A stretch of 64,000 bases of DNA from the human T2T-CHM13v2.0 reference genome, Homo sapiens. Under the pieces are notes generated by a model. It did no database searches. It was not told the DNA's origin and saw only the letters and a program-made list of their open reading frames with translations. Made by a program: the position numbers and the translations under genes. This document shows, in pieces, positions 26,898 to 43,843 of this stretch (positions within the stretch are counted from its first letter, which is position 1; the number at the start of each line of letters is the position of its first letter). Where the stretch lies: assembly GCF_009914755.1 (NCBI RefSeq), contig NC_060925.1. One strand, 5' to 3'.

Positions 26898-29837
26898 CTG
26901 AAATTTGTAAAAGGATAACAAAAATAAGTAGCTGCTGACCTTCCAAACAAAAAGCAATGTTCAATGTATCAACAATGAACAGTAATCACAGAACAATTTA
27001 CATAACTACATAAATCACATTGTCTTTATCACTTCTACATGTAAAAAGTCTTACATCTCAGAGGCCCCTCTGAAACATATATAAACAGCAAAAGAAGCTT
27101 CTTGGGAATCATGTAGATAGTTATAATCATCTGAAAATACCGAGTTTGGGATTGAAAACTTAGAACATAAGTAAAAGTAAAACTGAAAAATTAGGTGTGC
27201 ATCTTAGAAAAATTGTAGGAAATTACAATTTGTACAGCATAGTTTGTGTATCACTCAGATTAATATAAGATGATTAAATATGGAAAGGAAGAGAGGCTGA
27301 AAGCTCCTGAGGGATATCATTAGGGCAAATTGCCAAAGAATGAAACATGAGCCAGTTAGGAGAGTCTGGAAGCTGCAATAATATCAGGGGACTTGAATGT
27401 TCGACAGTTGGAGCTTCAGTAATGTGTGAACTGCGGGTTACGGTATCAAGAGACTCTGTTCACTGACACATAGAATGTCACTATTGACCAGCAAACTGCC
27501 CAAGCTTGACAGCTGTACTACAGGAAGCCAAGTATATCATAATTTCATATTTAAACTGTTCATTCCAGATTAACATTTTGTTTCCTAGCTTTATATCACA
27601 ACAGCTGTAATTACACTGTTGCTATTTTAAAGGTAATTGCCATTTTAATTGTTTTGTTTTGGTAAGCAGTTAATTAAACATTTTTTAGTACTTAACAAAA
27701 GGATATCACTTTTTTCTCCCATCTTCTGACCCTCATCAGAATTCTTTCAATGTGACTTTCTTTCCATTTTAAATTATATTTCTGTAGATGTAAAGTCATT
27801 TTTATGCATAAAGCAATAATTAAATCAGCATTCTTAATCATTTTAAAGTTTTGCTATAGTCTGTATTTCAAGGTTACCGATTAAATTATTTTATTCAACT
27901 TGAAGATCAGAATTAAAAAAAAATCTGAAAATGAACCAGACTTTCTATAAACCGTTTTCTCTATTATTATACAAAGATATTTAAAGAAACTAAGTGATAA
28001 GCACAATTAATTTAAAAAAATGAATGTACACAAAGCTATCCAAATCCTATTATTAGCCACATTTGTCTATGTTTAAGTGCAAAATAGATCCATTACATAA
28101 AGTAAATTAAAATAACTCGATTTGAACCAAAACCAAAAATTTTTATTCAAAGTATATGCATCTTTGCCATATGTATTATATTTTTTCCAGTCATGTTTTT
28201 AATCAGTTTTGTATGGCAAATAATGTATTTTGATTTCACTTAGGATGTTATCATTAAAGGATTTTACTACCTTGTACTTACAAGCTTTAATAGGTTATGA
28301 TAGTATTCCTTCAATAAGTATTACTTTTTAAATTCCTTAATTAGAGCCTACAATATGCCACTAGGAGGCATTCAAATACTTCCATTTAACAATTATAGAC
28401 CATGGATTTATTTATGTTACAAACTGCAGCTAGAGGGAAATGAAAATGGGGTTGATCTAACTCATTGTGTCAAATTCTCCAAGAGCTCTCAGGTACTCCT
28501 TAGTTGTAAATTAGGCCTCTTTAAGACTGTATTAACTCTTTCCACCCCCTTTTTAACCTGATGGGCTAAAAGAGCTTATGAAGCTTTGAAAGGCAGCTAA
28601 TTATTCAATTTCTCAATCTGCACACAGATGACTTTTTAAACAGCTCATTTAAAGCCTTAAAAACAACAAAAAAGAGAGAGTGTTCTTTTTTTGTTACTGA
28701 GCAAATAAAAACTGTAGCAAGAGGAAAAACACGTTCTTAATGTGAGGTATTATATTTAATACCTCACTTTATTTCACTGGGCAATTTATTTCACTGGGCA
28801 TACCCAGAGTCCAAAGCACTCTACTAAATGCCATGTAAATACTTTCCCTGCCTCCTTACTGGTCATCCTTAAATGAAGTTTTATTAGTTATTCGCTAACA
28901 AAATTCAACATTATCTGATGAATTTGACTGATTTCTTAGAGGATGGTTTCTGTAATTATATGCAGAGTCACAAAATTTCTGCAATGGCCAGCATCTGGTA
29001 GAGGGTTATGCCTGCTAATCAAGATCTACCAGGAGAGAACCGAGTCTACAGGACTTGGCAACTTTCTGGATGTGGGGTATAGGTGACAAGGAGAGGAAAA
29101 AATATATGACAACTCCTTCCCAACCACAGTTCTGGAACTAAGCAACCAGAATGAATTATTAAAGGTAATATAGCAAAAGTGTCAGGTTTAAGTAGAATTA
29201 TAAGGAATCTGCTTTGGCAAATATTTATTCTGTTAACCATGAGACACCTAAATGGAGATTTCCAAAGAAGACGGAAGCATCCCAAAGATAATCCTCCATA
29301 TTCACCTAGTAGCATGCAAGAGCTGTGAAACTTAAAAAAAAATGAGAAAATACTATTATGGCATATTCTTTTACAGATGATAGCAAAGTTGCAAGTAAAT
29401 AAAATAAAACAAATTTACTAGAAAATGTAACACATTCATATGTAAATTGCATAAAATCATAACATGTATATTACAGACACAAAATTAGGGCTCTGCCACC
29501 AACAAGCCATGTGATCTCTGGCACATCTACAAATATAACCATGTCTCAGTTTTCTGATCTTTAAAATAAGAACTCTATGCTAGATGATCTGTAAGTATTT
29601 TCTCTCATAGATCAAACATTCTTTATTTTTAGATCAGATGAATTCTATCTTTTTTATATTCTTATGTATTGAGATTTCTTCTACCCTGGTGGCTAACGGA
29701 ATACTATGACTGGACTATAATTCAGATCCACTTTCAAAATATATCTAAAAGTTTAAGTGCTTTAAAGTGCTTTAATAAAGTAGGTGCTCTAAAGTCCATA
29801 AGGTAATTATGCAACTGAAAATATTATAATAATTTTT

Positions 29838-30345
29838 TTGCTTAATTCAACAAAAATTTTGAGTGCCTGCTATATGCAATCGAAATCCCTATGAGGCAAC
29901 AGGGACACAGTACTAAACAGAACAAAGTCCCCGTTTCTATGGAGCTTATGTGTTAGTGGAGAAAGCAAACAATAAACAAGTAAAATAAATATTGTCAGAG
30001 ATTAGATCTATAAAGAAACCTAAAGTAGGGAGTGATGGGGGTGGGGAGCTATTTTAGATAGGAGGATTACAGAAGAACTCTAACGTGGTGACATATGAAC
30101 TGAAACCTAACTGAAGGGAGAGAGTAAACTCGTGGATTTGGGAAGAAGAGCATTCCAGGTAAATTAAACGAGGCATTCAGAAGTCCCAGGTGAGAACGTG
30201 CTTGGCATCTTCACAGAGCAATGGGGAAGTCAGTGAGATCAGACTGGAGGAAGTGGGAGAATGGCAGGAGATGAGGTCAGATAGAGAAGCAGAATCAATG
30301 ATGGAGAGCCTTCTAGGACACGGCAAAGACTCTAAATATTATTCT
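29838..30345 (-). mobile_element. L2a LINE fragment
   Basis: attcaacaaaaattttgagtgcctgctatatg...atggagctta...gaagagcattccagg...gagatgaggtcaga is reversed L2. Confidence 0.8.
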
Positions 30346-30586
30346 CGATGACATTTTTACATACCTCTGAAGAGAGTGCTATCATAATAAACTATTTACC
30401 TGGAACATTTGAGAATATACAAATTAAAGAAAAATATACAAATTAAAGGAAAATAGAGCCTTCTAGGACATGGCAAAGACTCTAAATATTATTCTGGATG
30501 ACATTTTTACATACCTCTGAAGAGAGTGCTATCATAATAAACTATTTACCTGGAACATTTTGAGAATACACAAATTAAAGGAAAAT
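30305..30586. repeat. ~132-bp tandem duplication with a nested ~19-bp duplication
   Basis: agagccttctaggac...caaattaaaggaaaat at 30305 and 30455, about 4 differences. Confidence 0.95.
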
Positions 30587-31319
30587 AAACTACATATTTT
30601 AGAAGTTTGGTTTGCAATATAAAGTACTACAAAGAAATGAGAACAATTTAATAAGCCAAGTAAGAAGAATCTTATTAATTTAACATTATTTATGATATAT
30701 TGAATCTTTAAGCTTAAAGAAAAATGAAATATCATATAGTCTTTCTTTGGGCTAGAATTACCCAAGTATCATATGTCTGATTAGTGACAGGGCCAAGACT
30801 CCACATTGCTTTTCTAATATCGTCAGTTGCTTCTTTAATACCACAATTGTTCCTCACGAAAGCAGAGAAAAGGGTAAAGGGAAGAATTTCCATGTTTCAG
30901 TTCAAACATATCTCTGGCATTATACCCTGAAACTGAATAATACACTGTTATAATTTTCAGATAAAAATGAATTTACCAAATAAAGGTTTATGGAAAAAAA
31001 TTTCTTATCTTTATGTGACATATGATATTTAAAATGCACATATATTTTCATAAAGCATACCCAATATATTGAACTAATACAGTTCCAAAGAGCTGACTAA
31101 TGCAAAATAGAAACATTGGTAATACTGATTTACTATGGACTTCAATTACAACATAAGTATATATGGGAATCATGAGAAGGGACAAGAACTAATGCCTGTG
31201 AAACCAGACAGAGAAACCTGACAGCAAAGGTCTGCAACAGTTAACTCAGTCATAGAACAAAGGCATTTGAAACTTCTGGTCCCAGGTCACCAGGTCTAAA
31301 CATAGGTAGTGCCATTGAA

Positions 31320-31575
31320 AATAATAGCAACAACAAATGTTTACATAATGTTTACCATGTGCCAAGAACTGTTATGAGTACTTGAACTACTCATACCTAA
31401 TCCTCACAACAACATCATCAAGTACTATTATCATTACTTCTACTTATCAGATCAAGGCACTAAGACAAAGTTCAACCAACTGCCCACGATCACAGAGCTT
31501 ATCAACAGCAAAGCCAGGATACAACTGGAGGCAGGCTAGATCCAAAGTATAGTAACCACTATTTCAAACTGCCTT
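31320..31575 (-). mobile_element. MIR SINE
   Basis: gtttaccatgtgccaag...taatcctcacaacaac...tgcccacgatcacagagc is a reversed MIR. Confidence 0.7.
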
Positions 31576-32711
31576 CAATATACAAAGATTTTAAATTATC
31601 ATCATTATGAGGCTTTGAATAGCATCCACTGACTGAAAATATTGTGTTTTATACTAATTGTATAATAGAGAATGCATCTTTGGACCGGACAATCAAACAA
31701 GAGCCATTGACCTTTGTATGAGAAATCTATGATAGACAGAGATCTGATTTACAAAACTTTCCTCAGGCAACACAGACTGTAACTACAGCAGGTAACTAAT
31801 AAAACAGACTCTCCCAGAAAATGTTAAAAGGATAAGATCATTGATACAAATTCTACAAGTTATCATCTCAACTTATGTCTATGAGTACACCTAAGTTTGA
31901 AACTGAACCAAAGTTGTCCTGCTTTGTGATACAAAATCTGATTTGTTCCTTCTTCTTAAACTATATTTATTAGAAGAAATCAGTCTATTAATAAAACTAG
32001 AATTGTTTTAAGCAATTAAATAGGCATGTATTTTGAGGGAGGAGAAAAAGACATTTATCAGATTCCCATGGACACAGCAGAAAGACAATCCATCTAGTAT
32101 AATCACCACTATGAAAAATAGCACAATTTTAACTAGCATGCCTTACAGGTAAAGGTATCATATAGACACATTGTTACTCACACTATTCTAGCCTCTGTAT
32201 CACCTATCTAGATTGTGCCTCATTCTTTTGTAGAAATCCTACACTTCAGCTAGAGTTATAGGAGTTACTGCAGGGTTAAATGAGTTACTGAGGGGCAGAT
32301 TTATATTCCCTAAGAAAGCATTTATTAATAAAATCCAAGAAACATGTATTAGAGACCTCACCTGATTTTTAACTGAATCAATACTTAATTTAGAAATTTA
32401 AGCATCATAAATAACTATAAGTATAAACAGTAAACTGTTGCAGATGGGAATGTAATGAATTCCTCATAAAATTTTTAAAAAATTAGTGGAAACCATAAAG
32501 AAAAAAACTGTTTAAACACATTTAATTTATATTCACATTTTAAAGTTCAGACCAAAAACGGGAGCAGCAGGGTATCTGAAAACCACAACATTAACTACTA
32601 AATAGTCTCACTTAAGAAAAACTCTAATATTCAAATTAAGTGAGACTTATAAGAAAATGTTTGGAGAACAGAAATTTTACATAATGCAAAAACAATATTT
32701 TGTACATTTTT

Positions 32712-32975
32712 TAAAAATAGAATTTATTTCTTAGAATACTTTTACATTCATAGCAAAACTGAGCAGAAAGTACAGAAATGTCCCATGTTCTCCCTGCCCT
32801 CACACACCCATGGCTTCCTCCATTATTAACATACCCAACCACACTGGTACATTGTTACAGTCAATGAACCTATATTGATACATCATTGTCATCTGAGTCC
32901 CTAATTTACATCAGAGTTCACACTCTAGGATAAAACAAATTTACAGTGACATGTATCCACCATTATAGTATCATA
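32712..32975 (-). mobile_element. L1MC-type LINE 3' end
   Basis: agcaaaactgagcagaaagtacaga...aatgaacctatattgatacatcatt...gacatgtatccaccattatagtatc is the reversed L1MC1-like 3' UTR. Confidence 0.75.
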
Positions 32976-32994
32976 AAAATGCTCTATTAAATAA

Positions 32995-33718
32995 TTACAT
33001 ATAAATCTAACAAAATATGTATACAATCTATATAAGGAAAACTAAAGACTCTGATAAAAGAAATCAAAGAACTAAATAAATGGAGAGATATTCCATGTTC
33101 ATGGGTAGGAAGACTCAATACTGTGAAGATGTCAGTCCTTCCAACTTGATCTATAGATTACAATCCCAATCAAAATCCCAGCAAGTTTTCTTGTGGAAAA
33201 CAAGAAGGTGATTCTAAAGTTTCTATCGAGAAGCAAAAGACACAGAATAGTCAACACAATTCTGAAAGAACAAAGTTGGAGGACTGACACTATCTGAGTT
33301 CAAAACTTATTATAAAGCTACAATATTCAAAACAGTGTAGCATTTATAAAAGAACATACAATTAGATCAATGAAACAGAATAGAGAGCCCACAAATAGAC
33401 CCACATAAATATAATCAACTAATCTTTGACAAAGAAGCAAAGGCAATACAATGAATAAAAGACAGTCTTATCAATAAATGGTGCTGGAAGAAGTGGACAT
33501 CCACATGCCAAAAAAATGAATCTAGATACAGTCCTCACACTTTTCATGAAAATTTACTCAAAATGAATCACAGACCTAAATGTAAAATGCAAAACTATAA
33601 AACTCCTAGAGGATAATACAGGAGAAAATCTACATGAACTAGGGCTTGGCAATGACTTTTAGAGACAACACCAAAGTCATGAACCATGAAAAAATTAATT
33701 GATAAGCTGGATTTCATT
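32995..33718 (+). mobile_element. Old L1 (L1MC-type) ORF2 fragment, left part
   Basis: Degenerate ORF2: aaatggagagatattccatgttcatgg, atctttgacaaagaagcaaaggcaat, ttgataagctggatttcattaaaa. Confidence 0.85.
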
Positions 33719-34711
33719 AAAACTGGAAACTCTAAAAAGCAGAGCGCCTCTCCTCCTCCAAAGGAACACAGTTCCTCACCAGCAACGGAACAAAGCTGGA
33801 TAGAGAATGACTTTGACGAGTTGAGAGAAGAAGGCTTCAGACGATCAAACTACTCTGAGCTACAGGAGGAAATTTAAACCAAAGGCAAAGAAGTTAAAAA
33901 CTTTGAAAAAATTTTAGACGAATGTATAACTAGAATAACCAATACAGAGAAGTGCTTAAAGGAGCTGATGGAGCTGAAAGCCAAGGCTCGAGAACTATGT
34001 GAAGAATGCAGAAGCCTCAGGAGCCGATGCGATCAACTGGAAGAAAGGGTATCAGTGATGGAAGATGAAATGAATGAAATGAAGCAAGAAGGGAAATTTA
34101 GAGAAAAAAGAATAAAAAGAAACAAACAAAGCCTCCAAGAAATATGGGACTATGTGAAAAGACCAAATCTACGTCTGATTGGTGTACCTGGAAGTGACAG
34201 GGAGAATGGAACCAAGTTGGAAAACACTCTGCAGGATATTATCCAGAATTTCCCCAATCTAGCAAGGCAGGCCAACATTCAGATTCAGGAAATACAGAGA
34301 ACGCCACAAAGATATGCCTCGAGAAGAGCAACTCCAAGACACATAATTGTCAGATTCACCAAAGTTGAAATGAAGGAAAAAATGTTAAGGGCAGCCAGAG
34401 AGAAAGGTCGGGTTACCCTCAAAGGGAAGCCCATCAGACTAACAGCAGATCTCTCAGCAGAAACGCTACAAGCCAGAAGAGAGTGGGGGCCAATATTCAA
34501 CATTCTTAAAGAAAAGAATTTTCAACCCAGAATTTCATATCCAGCCAAACTAAGCTTCATAAGTGAAGGAAAAATAAAATACTTTACAGACAAGCAAATG
34601 CTGAGAGATTTCGCCACCACCAGGCCTGACCTAAAAGAGCTCCTGAAGGAAGCACTAAACATGGAAAGGAACAACCGGTACCAGCCACTGCAAAATCATG
34701 CCAAATTGTAA
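33719..34711 (+). pseudogene. L1 ORF1p remnant (no start codon, TAA at 33875-33877)
   Basis: ORFs 33686..33877 and 33968..34711 carry ORF1p motifs (WDYVKRPNLRLIG, ARREWG, YPAKLS). Confidence 0.93.
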
Positions 34712-34774
34712 AGACCATCGAGGCTAGGAAGAAACTGCATCAACTAACGAGCAAAATCACCAGCTAACATCATA

Positions 34775-38610
<3,836 letters not shown>

Positions 38611-38846
38611 ACAATGAGAACACATGGACACAGGAAGGGGAACATCACACTCTGGGGACTGTTGTGGGGTCGGGGGAGGGGGGAGGGGTAACATTAGGAG
38701 ATATACCTAATGCTAAATGATGAGTTAATGGGTGCAGCCCACCAGCATGGCACATGTATACATATGTAACTAAGCTGCACATTGTGCACATGTGCCCTAA
38801 AACTTAAAGTATAATAATAATAAAATAAAATAAAATAAAAAATGAA

Positions 38847-39282
38847 TAAATTTAAAATTTTTGTTCTGTGAAAAACACTGTCAAGAAAATTTAAAAAGCA
38901 GCCACGGACTTTAGAGGAAATATTTGCAGAGGGCATATCTGATAAGAGCCTGTTATCCAAAATATACAAAACTCTTAAAATTCTATAATAAGAAAACAAA
39001 CAACCCAATTAAGAAATGGGTCAAAAACTGTAACTGACGCCTCACCAACCTCAGCAAAGATATACAAATGACAAATAAGCATATGAAAAGATGTTCCCCA
39101 TCACATGTCATCAGGGAAAGGCAAATTAAAACAATGAGATACCACTACGCACCTATTAGAATGGCCAAAATCCAGAACACTGACAACAAATGCTGATGAA
39201 GATGTGGAAAAGAAACTCTCATTCATTTATGGTGGGAATACAAAATGGTACAGCCACTCTGGAAGACATTTTGGTGGTTTCA
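38847..39282 (+). mobile_element. Old L1 (L1MC-type) ORF2 fragment, right part
   Basis: Resumes the sequence interrupted at 33718 (aaatttaaaatttttgttctgtgaaaaacactgtcaag...gagataccactacgcacctattagaatggccaaaatcc). Confidence 0.85.
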
Positions 39283-39334
39283 AATAAACCTAAATTTTTT
39301 ATACTTTATTTTCTTCCTTTATTCTCTTAGGATG

Positions 39335-39689
39335 GTATCTTAGTCTCTTTGGGCTACTATAACAAAATACCTCAGAGTAGTTAACTAATTAATAATAGGA
39401 GTTTATTTCTCACCATTCTGGAGGCTGGGAAATCCAACATCAAGGTACCAGCAGATTCAGTGCCTGGTAAAGGCTTGCTCTCTTCTCCATAGGATGGCAC
39501 CTTGTTACTGCATCCTCACACGGCAGGAGGGACTGAACAGCTCCCTTGAAGCTCTTTTATAAGGTCACTAATTGCATTTATGAGGGCTCATGATTTCATT
39601 ACTTCCTAAATGCCCTAACTCTTAATACTATCATATTAGGTTTTAAATTCCAAAAATACAAATTTTAGGGGACACAGTCAGACCATAGT
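39335..39689 (-). mobile_element. MLT1A-type MaLR solo LTR
   Basis: gtatcttagtc..gggctactataacaaaatacc...ttctggaggctgggaaatccaacatcaagg...ggggacaca..cagaccatag. Confidence 0.85.
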
Positions 39690-40914
39690 TGATGGTAAAT
39701 TCTGATACTTCACTGCTAAAAGTTTATTCTAAACTATTTCCATCATACCCAAGTCCTTTGGAAAGTTCTAATCATCTCACATTTAGTCACTGGTTTATTA
39801 GCTCTTCCTAGCCAAATAATTCTAAATTTTTCTTTCTTGCTTGCTTCCTTCAAGTATTCATTCTTTCTTTCATTTTATAGTTGGAGAAACTGAGGCAAAG
39901 TTAAGTCAATTGCCCAAGATTACTAAGCCAGCAAGTGGGGCACCAAACCTGTGCCAGACATTATTATTAGTGGTGAGGATACAGTAATGAACAAAACATA
40001 CAAAAATCTGTACTCTCAAGGAACTTACATTCTAGTTACCCTCTATATACCACCATTACTGCTGTACTCACCTCGTCACAACTCTTTGGATTTCTGTGCT
40101 ATCACATTATACATAAATGCCAATACCCTCAAATACATCTCCTCACCTACATGACATTTCCCTATCACTAAATTTACTCCTTTCTAATTCTCACTCTCAG
40201 AAAGTCAATTCAATAGCAGTTTTTCTTTTCTTAGAGAAGGCCCTTCTACTTTTCCACCAAAATTAAAGAGTGTAACACTACAACACTCCTCAAATCTGTC
40301 TATATTTTTTCTTCACAAATATCTAAACTCTACATTCTGGAGGATGAAGGGTTAGGATATGGTTTATACAAAAATTACATAATTTGGCAATCATTTTAAA
40401 CAATAAATATACAATATAAGAATCATTGTATTTAACAACTAGAAAGGATCCTAGAAATCATTCTTGTTCAATTTCTTCATTTTTTAGACAAGAAATTTCA
40501 GGGTAAAAGAAATTAGATGAATTATAAGAAGGTAGCTGATGTACTGTAGAGTAGTTAGGACTAAAACACAAATCTCTAATTTTAGAAGGTATTATTAATA
40601 TGAACACATTACTACCATATATTCAGACAATATTTCAAATAAATAGTAAATAAAAACTGATTGAAGCTACTCTTTAACTATTAGTCATATTTGAAATCAT
40701 AATTTAAAATATCTTTCACCCAGAACAAAATAAAACTGATCGCAAACCACCAGCAACTGAAAAAGAGACAATCACAATGGCAGAACAACAACAAAGTAAA
40801 TTCTAAATCTTTAGAGTTAACAAATATAATAATTTGTAATTAAATAAGAATAAACAATTATATATATTTTAATGTTAAAATTACTATATATAACCTTTAT
40901 CTTATGTCTGTTTA

Positions 40915-40992
40915 ACATACATGTGTATATTTAGCATGCATATCATATATATGTGAATATCTGTATGTATATGTGTGTATATGCATACACAT
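40915..40992. repeat. (TA/TG)n low-complexity microsatellite
   Basis: catacatgtgtatat...gtatgtatatgtgtgtatatgcatacac. Confidence 0.7.
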
Positions 40993-41139
40993 AATTATAA
41001 AGTGAAATTTGCTGTTAGTAAATGATATCAAGAACTGTCCCCTTATAAAGCAGATACTAAGTAAACATTTGGTAAAGACTTGTCCTGTGTATGCCACTCT
41101 ACATTCTCCCTTTTCTTACCTACTCTTAAGCTAATACCA

Positions 41140-41770
41140 CAGGCAAAAGACTCTTGCCTGGAAATGTTTCTAAAACCCAACCTCACCTCCCTCTTAAGGT
41201 CACTGTTCTAGTTCAGGAGCTAATCATCTCTTGCTTTTATTACTGTAACAATCTTTTAACTGATCTCCTGTCAGCTGGATTCCCCCTACTGCATTTCTTC
41301 TTTTATAAGGCCACCAGTGTTATCTTCTCCAAAACAAAACTTACCATGTCATGTACCTCATTTGCCTCCCCACAATCTGTTGGATAAAAGCCAAACCTCT
41401 TAAATTAGCAAATGTGATTCTTCACAATCTGGCCACTGTTTATATCCCCAGATAGATTTTGTAGTCTGATTTCTCTCTCTCCCACTCTCTCCATATACAA
41501 ACATACATACACACACACAAACAGTAATATATTAAAGATATATTTCCTAGACATGATACAAATTCCTTTCGAGAATGAGGTGTCATATTGAAGTAAACTC
41601 TGTAGTCTGCCACTCTATCTCCTAATATCTCCCATGTTAGAATTTTTATCACACTGACTGTCCTTGACTCACTGACACTGTTATAGAATCACAAATTAGT
41701 AACTCTGAAATTCCCAGTACTTAGTACCTGGCAAATAATAGCATTTATCAATGCACAAATGAATAAATAC
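41140..41770 (+). mobile_element. L2 LINE fragments
   Basis: cactgttctagttcagg..atcatctcttgc...tactgtaacaatctt; 3' end tacctggcaaataatagcatttatcaatgc...aatgaataaat. Confidence 0.6.
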
Positions 41771-41904
41771 TTATATACCTTATCTTTGGAAACTCTACTC
41801 ATGCCAAATATTTATTTCAAAATAAAGGCATTTCTTTCCTTCTCAGGTGGTTAACTATTTTTAACTCCTTCCTATTTAACAGAAGAATGCTTCTACTTTA
41901 ATTT

Positions 41905-42455
41905 TAAGATGCCACTTGGCTAACTGGGGTACCATATGCCACTGAATCAACAGGCTGAAAAAGAGGAAGTTAATCTACTGGCTTGAGTGATTGTTCTCAA
42001 TAACCAAAGGGAAACTGGGGTGCTTCTACATAATAGTTTGGCAAAGAGAAACGTGTCTTGAACCAGGGGATTCTCTATGGTGCCTCAGGACTTGCATGCC
42101 TAAAGTAAAAGTTAATGAAAAACTACAACCAAAACACAGCTAAATCTTTGAGGATTGAGATTCTTTGAGAATGGGACATTTTACCAGATAAAGATCCTGT
42201 CCAGGTGAAGTTCTAGCTGAGGGTGAGAGAAATATGGAATGGGTAATAAAAGGAAGCCATACATACCAATTATGGCCTCTTGACCAGTTACATAAACAAG
42301 GGCTTCTCCTTTAGAGGAAAGGGTGAGAATGTCTACATTTGTAAAAAATGATAGTTGTATGTTATTAGGTAGAAATATAGATTTGTTTTATTGTACAGGA
42401 ATTCAAATATGTGTAGAAGGGTACAAACAGAGGCTGAGTATCCAAAGGGGTGGAC
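41905..42455 (+). mobile_element. ERVL internal 3' fragment with polypurine tract
   Basis: ccactgaatcaacaggc...gctgagggtgagagaaatatggaatgggtaata...tgaccagttacataaacaagg resembles the ERVL pol 3' end; PPT aaaggggtggac at 42444-42455 sits directly before TG. Confidence 0.7.
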
Positions 42456-43481
42456 TGTACCAATTATCAACTTATTGCCTCTCAGCTCCAAATCTGCCCC
42501 TCACTGCCTGATCTGTGAAAATGGATCTGGACTCTGGATATTTTTCCTTTTAGCAACTGGCATGATGTCAAACTTTGTCAGGAGAGGGTACTAAAGGGAC
42601 AATGCAAAAAGAGAGAACTTGCTCCTGGTTCCAGTGAGACACTCTGCAGGCTCCTGCAAAGCTTATGGCTCATCAAGGGCTGGCTCCTATTGTACCTGCA
42701 TCTTCCCTAGGGCCCATTTCCTATAGCACAGGTGTCCACCAGGCTCCTATGCAGTGGGCAGTTTCTGCAGTGCCTGGCTCCTGCAGGTACTGGCAGCCAA
42801 AGGTTTCCCTCAGCATTCCCCTACCTTATAGCAGAGTACCCCTGGCTCTTGCAGCACTTGAAGCCTTTCTACTGCCTGGTTCCTGCAGCCCAGGAGGCAT
42901 CTCCTGCACCTGATTACTGGAGTGTACAATTTCCAACAGTACCAAGTGGCCAGCAGCTTCCCTTTGTTAGTTTTTTAAGGGAGTTTCCCCAGTAACACGA
43001 TCCTAGTTAATAGCTTCACCTTAGGAGGCTTTATAGTAGTCTGCTGCGAGTGAGGCATCTCTTGCAAACAGCTTCCCCAGTACCTCTCATATGGCTTTCC
43101 AGCAAGTTCTAAGGAATGGCATTTCTCTGAGGGCAGCTTTCCTGGGCACCCCAAAGGGCAGGATTCCAGAAAATTCTGCCAGTGTGGCACCACAGCAACT
43201 TCTCTGCTATCCAATGAGCCACACAGCTGTGCCCTCTCCATTGGAGTCTGGATCTCACACCCAGATAGGGCTTCTTCCCTGGGTGCTCCGTCTCAGCCCT
43301 AAGACTAGTAGCTGCTTTATATTTGTTATTTCTATAGTCTTTAGAATTTCCTTCACTTACTAGTAGCCCATCCCTTGTTACCCCAATCCCAATGTTATAG
43401 TTTTTAAATTCTTTATATTAAACTTTCCTTGTTCAAATTACTATGTAATTTCTCTTTCCTGGTCATATCCAGACTGATACA
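42456..43481 (+). mobile_element. ERVL 3' LTR, LTR41-like
   Basis: TG...CA termini (tgtaccaattatcaacttattgcctctcagctccaaat...ccagactgataca); attaaa signal near 43417. Confidence 0.72.
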
Positions 43482-43843
43482 AAGGCTGTTACTTTATGAT
43501 CTTACCTATAGAACACTGCCTGGCATGAGTTAAGCATTCCTTAAATGAGGAACGATTCAATGAATGAACAAATGAACATTTTTTATAGAAAGAAAGTAAT
43601 GAACTTTCTATTTAGGACTATATGAAGACCAAAGAATACCAAACTAAGTTCCTGTATAGGCTGAACAAGAGTCATAACTGCAATACAAATCCATGAATCT
43701 GAAAAGGGTTTAAGATGTATTAATACATTTTTCCCTAAGGCATTACTGTTTTGGCATAGACTTTTAAAAAAAATTATCTAGTAGAAAATAGCTAAACACA
43801 AATCTTCTTTTAAAGACAACACCTACACAGAAATTAGTGCCTA

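Noticed and set aside
38666-38688. G-quadruplex-like G-tract
   Set aside because: Standard feature of the L1PA 3' UTR.
42323-43363. Cluster of overlapping 62-90 aa ORFs
   Set aside because: They lie in a GC-richer LTR where stops are rarer, and show no recognisable protein motif.
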